Assembly (NCBI GenBank): GCA_002189035.1
Contig: NEEC01000021.1
Span: forward strand, 1-64,000
Reading direction: 5' to 3'
DNA from: Utricularia gibba
Taxonomy: Eukaryota > Plantae > Magnoliophyta
DNA: 64,000 bases
Position 1 is the first letter of the stretch. Each line of letters opens with the position of its first letter. Below are positions 58,890 through 64,000 of this stretch, one piece after another. Below the pieces are notes generated by a model, which saw only the letters and a program-made list of their open reading frames with translations, was not told the DNA's origin and did not search any database. The translations under genes and the position numbers were made by a program.

Positions 58890-59720
58890 ATGTATATTGT
58901 GAGGAGATATATGTGGAGGATAGCTCTATCAACCACTAAAACACAATTCAGCAAGGTGATGGAGGCTTTAAAACGTGTGATATCAAAAGGGTTTTACTAC
59001 ATGACAAAGACATTGATCCATGTCATTTGTGAAATGATTTTTTTTTTTTTAGCATGCTTCAAATATGCATTGTTGGCCAGTAACAATTCAGAATCATAAA
59101 ATGCTGCATTAAACGAAGCACGTCACTTGGAATTGATCAAGATGTTTGATAAAATCAATGATAAATTTACTATCTGGTTTGTTAATCAACGAAAAGAATC
59201 AGAGAAATAATAATATTCGAAATGTCAATTGTGAATGACAATGGCTTTTTTAGGAAGATTGTGATCGTGAAAATTACAGACGGGTACTAGAAAAAGGGAA
59301 AGTGACAACGAAACTTGCAGCACACCAATATGATTGTTGTGAATGAGAAGTGATTAGTACGTTTAATGGTTTTTTACTTTATATAAAACATAAAATCATA
59401 GTATTTTGAAAATTTTGAATTGATGGAACAGGTATCACTCACAACCACACACGTCAACCTTTTCGTCATCAATCTGAAGTGTTTTCAAACTATATTAGTT
59501 TATGCTACGCCAAAGATATGCATGTAAAAGTGTATGATAGAGATATTTTTCATGTGCCAAGTGAGGAACATTGACCAAAAGTTGATAATTTGACAATGTT
59601 ATCTCTTATTTGGACAGAATGGAAACCTGGGGATCCATTAAAGAATCAACTTACAAAACATGTTAGATCTATCATGTATAAAAGTTGCAGCTAGATTGGT
59701 CATAACAGAAGGCCATGTTC
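58890..59720 (+). pseudogene. Second MULE transposase remnant
   Basis: MWRIALSTTKTQFSKVMEALK; SNNSES*NAALNEARHL..FDKINDKFTIWF; SCS*IGHNRRPC. Confidence 0.6.
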
Positions 59721-60467
59721 TAAACCTTTTAAAATGAAAGTCTCTAAAAATGGAGAATAACACGAAAAAACTGTTGAAGCAACACATGAAGCTCGACAAA
59801 AATATGACCAATTTCCTAAATAGTCGAAATGTTGGTGAAAGATGAAAAAGAAGTAGATGAAAAGGGCAAAGTTTCATAATTCAATGAAGACAAGCATAGT
59901 GACTTAGTATGTTATTTTTAATTATTATGCATTACATTACAAAATGTATTCCAAGTCATATCAAAATTTTCTGATTGTATATATATCAATTATACTTTGT
60001 TGATGTGTTTCACGTTTTTCTAAGAAAATCATAGCAATAAATCAAGCATCAATATTATAGAAAGTATCCTTTGTAGTGTTTTGGTTCCAAAACGCAATTA
60101 CATACAAGTTTAATGGACGCATGACACTTAGTTGGTGCAACAAACATCATTCAATGATCAATGCATACTTGCTTATATCGAATGTGATACAATGAGTAAT
60201 TTTATTAAAAGATATATTTGATAATCAATTAAGTCATTTTTAAATGTTGATAAAAGTGTACAATTGATAAAATTAAGATAATATTATATTTTTGTATAAA
60301 TAATTGACAATGGATATTGTTAAATTAATAAAAGTGTATATATGTGGTGAAAACTGTACAAATTGATAAAAATAAAAAAAGATTACTGCTTTATGTAATT
60401 TCCCAATACCATAAATAGCAAGGAGTTCTTGGATGAGAGATTTAGTTGCCATCCTAAGTTGCTATTG

Positions 60468-60808
60468 GCGCTGATACCATGTAAAACCAGCAATGAAGCA
60501 GCATTCTTTTGGGAAGAATGAATAGTGCAAATTGAAGTGATGGAGCTCCAGAGATGCTCCTTACAATGTATACTGTGTGTCTATGTATTTATACAATGGG
60601 TGTATTACTTGTGTCGTTAGATCTTCCTAAGCTTGTTTCAACATCTCTATTCCTTTAATGTGCCATCTTGTGGTCTTCGTTGCTGATCTGGCTGCTGATT
60701 TGGCTGAGATGTATGTCGTTTGCAAATTTGTAGTTTGAACCATTTGTAGGTTCTCCAATAAATCATACTGCAAATCACTGTGGGAGCACCACTAAATGAA
60801 GTAAGACA
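60468..60808 (-). mobile_element. Copia LTR (60480-60808) with PBS; internal region lost
   Basis: GCGCTGATACCA (reverse complement TGGTATCAGCGC) is adjacent to a TGTAAA...AAGACA 329-bp segment with a minus-strand TATAAATA. Confidence 0.7.
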
Positions 60809-60813
60809 TGTAG

Positions 60814-63800
60814 TTGCAGCTTGGAAAACAATTCAGGGAAAGGCTTCACAGGTACTGAATTAGGTGTATCAATTTTTATCAGCATCTCTGTTCATTTGCG
60901 CTCCCATTTTCATGACTTTCATCATGTTCATCCGATTCCAAGAATCTGAATCATTTGCTTGCATTTAGACATCAATGAACACATTACTTTCCCTTAAACT
61001 CTTCAAAATCTTCCGGTGGTTTCATATAGCTGCTCGGGAGTTTCGTTTGGTATACTTTTCACTATGAAAAGTGGTGCATAACATTGCAAACAAAAGAAGA
61101 AACTTTGCATTACTATGTAAATCGAAGGTGGCAAACACTTAAGAAGTGTGAAATCCAAATCTTTCTTCATGAAGAACAAGCACATCAGATTTGTGGTGTA
61201 AAATATAAATTTAAGCTACAACGATCTAAAGCGGACACTTTCCCAGTTAAATATGTGGAAAATTATATGAATGACAAAGCAAGTAAATACTTTTTACCCC
61301 CACTGTTTGGAAATTAAAGAAATGTTATCTCTAATCAAGTCTATTTATTCATATGCAAATTTGATCCCTACTATTCAATGAAAAGTGTGTAGTTAGTTTC
61401 TATTCTTATAATTGATCCTTATTGTTTGTCGTCTCGAAATGTGTTGATCTCCATGTTTTATCATATCAAATATGGTTAGCCCTAAATATTTTTTGTATAA
61501 AAGATTTTTGTTCTGAAGTGTTTGAATATAGTACATAATTAATCATCATTGTTTCAAAATCTTTACTATTTCATTATTTGAAAAAATGAAATATAGTCTT
61601 CAAATCAAAATAGGATAATGCATTCCCACTGTTTACTTTAATTTGCATGGTTTAAATAAATGATATATTTAGTCTGCTACTATTTGAATGGCACATTTAG
61701 TCTTCATTGTTTATAATAATGCTATATTTGATCCTCTTTGTTTTCAGTATGCCAATTTAATATTGTTTAATTGGTTATTAGATAAAAATAATATAGAAAG
61801 CCCGCAAGATCACAATTCACAAATGCATACATGCGGTACTTGTGCCTTTTATTTCAAAACTAACAACCGCAAGCATCATTCAATTCCAAATGACAATTGA
61901 ACTATGAGAAGAAAAACAATCAAAAGCATGTGTAACTAAGACAAAGGTGAAGAAACACAGACTCGAGGGAATTTGATAAATAAGTCGACCAAACCCTATA
62001 AATTTCTTATTTTTTCCTTTCAAAATGCAACATTTACACCCCTACATTTTCCCATGCCAATTTTCTTCCTATAACTTGGTGTTACGGAGAAGTATATGTG
62101 GTCTTTAATCCCAGCCATGTTCCACCCTCTCCATCCTTATTAGCAAGCATTTGCATAACCAAGAAATGTCTCTCTATTTGGTAATGCAACAATGGATACT
62201 TACGGCTGTTGTAGATCCGATACACTGGGGGTGGTATCAGAATGTCATTCCCCTATGAGCTGTGCCACCGGATACTTGATAGTGGTGTTTCTCCAATACA
62301 GGGAAATGCATCGAAATCAAGGAATATGGTTTTTTGGCTAAGAAAAGTATATTTAAAGAATATAGCGAAACAAAAATGTGTCATGCTCATATTGACAAGC
62401 ATACAATCAAGGAAAATAAAGAAAACAAATATTGGATTTTTTAATTAAAAAGAAGATAACACATATTTTTTAATAGTTTTAGCTTATAAAATTAATGTAT
62501 TTACTAATAAAATTATACATTTTAAATATGATTTTAGATATGTTTTTGAATTTACATTATTATTATTATAATAATAAAATTGATTAAGTCATCGATTTAG
62601 ACAATGTGTGGTTCTGATATCCTATTTAATGAGTTTTGTAGCAAGTTTTTTTTTTTTTTTATCAAACCACCATCAAATCTACATATAAAATAGGTGGCAT
62701 GCAGTACGAGGTAAGGGAAAATGGATAACTGCCAACAAGAAATGGGAAAAATTAAAAGAGAGAGAGAGAGAGAAAGAAACTTTTGTTACAAAACATAATA
62801 ACAACCGACAAAAAAGATATGGAAGAATAGATGACATAAACATGGAGTAAAAAGAAGATATTTTCTACACAAGATGATGGCATATTTGACCTAAAAATTT
62901 GAATTTTTGGTATTTTTGACCCATAACAAAATGAAGTCAAAACTTCTACCTCATGGAGATGGCCCTTTCCAAATTGTTGAGCGCGTGAATGATAATGCAT
63001 ACAAACTAGATTTACTAGGTGAGTATTCTGTTCATTCAAATTTCAATGTTGCTGATTTGTCTCTTTTCGACATGGATATAGATTCAGGGACGAATCCTCT
63101 TAAAGAAGGGGGGGATGATGAGCCCCAAGAAGATAATGAAGTGTATTTAAAGAATGATGAGGAGTTTGTCCAAGTGAATACATTAGAGACAAAGATGATT
63201 CCAACGGGACCAATGACTAGAAGCAAGAGAAAGATGCTTGAAGATACACTTAAGACTCTACTCAATACAATTGGAATCAAACATGGGCTTGAAGACATCC
63301 CATCAAAAGAACTCAACTACTTGAAGATGGATTTATCTTAGAGCATTGGGCTTGTTGTTTGGCCCAAGTAATGTTAGAGCCCAATCCTAGAGTATAAATA
63401 CTCTAAAATTGTACTCTTTAAGGACCTTTAGTCATTTTCATGTATGTTGTGAGGATTCTCCTCTTCTTTGAGTGCTTGTACACTCTTGACTTATCAAGCT
63501 TTGAGCTTGTGGCGTCTTAGGATTATCACTTCCAATCCCTCCTCTTTTCTGAAGTGTGGCTCCTAATTTTCTTTGTTTCGAAGTCTGGTTGCAAGAGATT
63601 CATTCTCTTGAGGGTAGACTTGGGTGGGATACTTTCTAAGCTTCAAAATCACCTCTTGTTCGTGGGTTGCTAATCTTTTTAGATTAGAGGGTCACATCAT
63701 ATAGTTTGACAAATTGGCATTCTTAATTCTTGAAATTTGTTAAATGCGTATATTTAACCCACACAATTTAAAAAATTGATATAATTAACTCATAAAGTTT

Positions 63801-64000
63801 ATCAAATTGGCATAATTAACCCATAGAGTTTGACATACATTTTTAAAAAATTGAATCATCTTCAATAGAAATATTAGTCGATAAGCATCATGTACTTTGA
63901 CCAATTTTTATCAGTCCCATCACTTGGCGTTTGACCAATTTGAAAGTCGTTTACGCAACTTGATACCTCGTCTACGATTAGCACCTATTGGAGGAACAAA
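60814..64000 (+). repeat. Segmental duplication, copy B (runs off the window end)
   Basis: Colinear with 13625-15198 plus 26047-27097. Contains the empty Athila site TTTAAAGAATATAGCG near 62360. Confidence 0.93.
62936..63699 (+). mobile_element. CRM-type gypsy 3' fragment: integrase end, PPT and 3' LTR (63116-63699)
   Basis: KSKLLPHGDGPFQIVERVNDNAYKLDL..DSGTNPLKEGGDD..GPMTRSKRK. PPT AAAGAAGGGGGGGA; LTR TGATGAG..CACATCA. Confidence 0.9.

Noticed and set aside
62100-62330. Nearly open minus-strand frame and PBS-like TGGTATCAGA in the duplicated segment
   Set aside because: The frame is not conserved in copy A and there is no adjacent LTR end.
3902-62775. Long homopolymers (T at 3902 and 38249, A at 24665, G at 27888) and (GA)n at ~62757
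   Set aside because: Ordinary slippage or possible assembly noise; no LINE/SINE tail with a TSD was identified.

Overview
This is a 64 kb AT-rich plant nuclear region with no recognisable intact host gene. It is a stack of nested, mostly decayed transposons. LTR retrotransposons present: Ty1/copia (two copies of one family, plus Tork/Tnt1-like elements), CRM-type Ty3/gypsy remnants, a 10.8 kb Athila-type element (15199-26041, TSD AATAT) and several solo LTRs. DNA transposons present: hAT, PIF/Harbinger, a MULE carrying a spliced Ulp1 SUMO-protease gene, and Tourist MITEs. From about 32.2 to 57.9 kb these elements sit inside a large, very old plastid-DNA insertion (NUPT) whose pieces remain in plastome order and orientation: accD-psaI-ycf4-cemA...rpl20-rps12 intron-clpP...ycf2. 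A ~3 kb segment occurs twice (13625-27097 excluding the Athila, and 60814-64000), which gives filled and empty insertion sites. The most unusual signal is the palindrome CTTGCGCAAG. It is spread through the LTRs, UTRs and coding sequence of the Athila element as 9 perfect copies plus ~10 one-mismatch copies, five of them CpG-decay products. All identifications, counts and identities were made by eye or from recalled consensus sequences; no database search was run.
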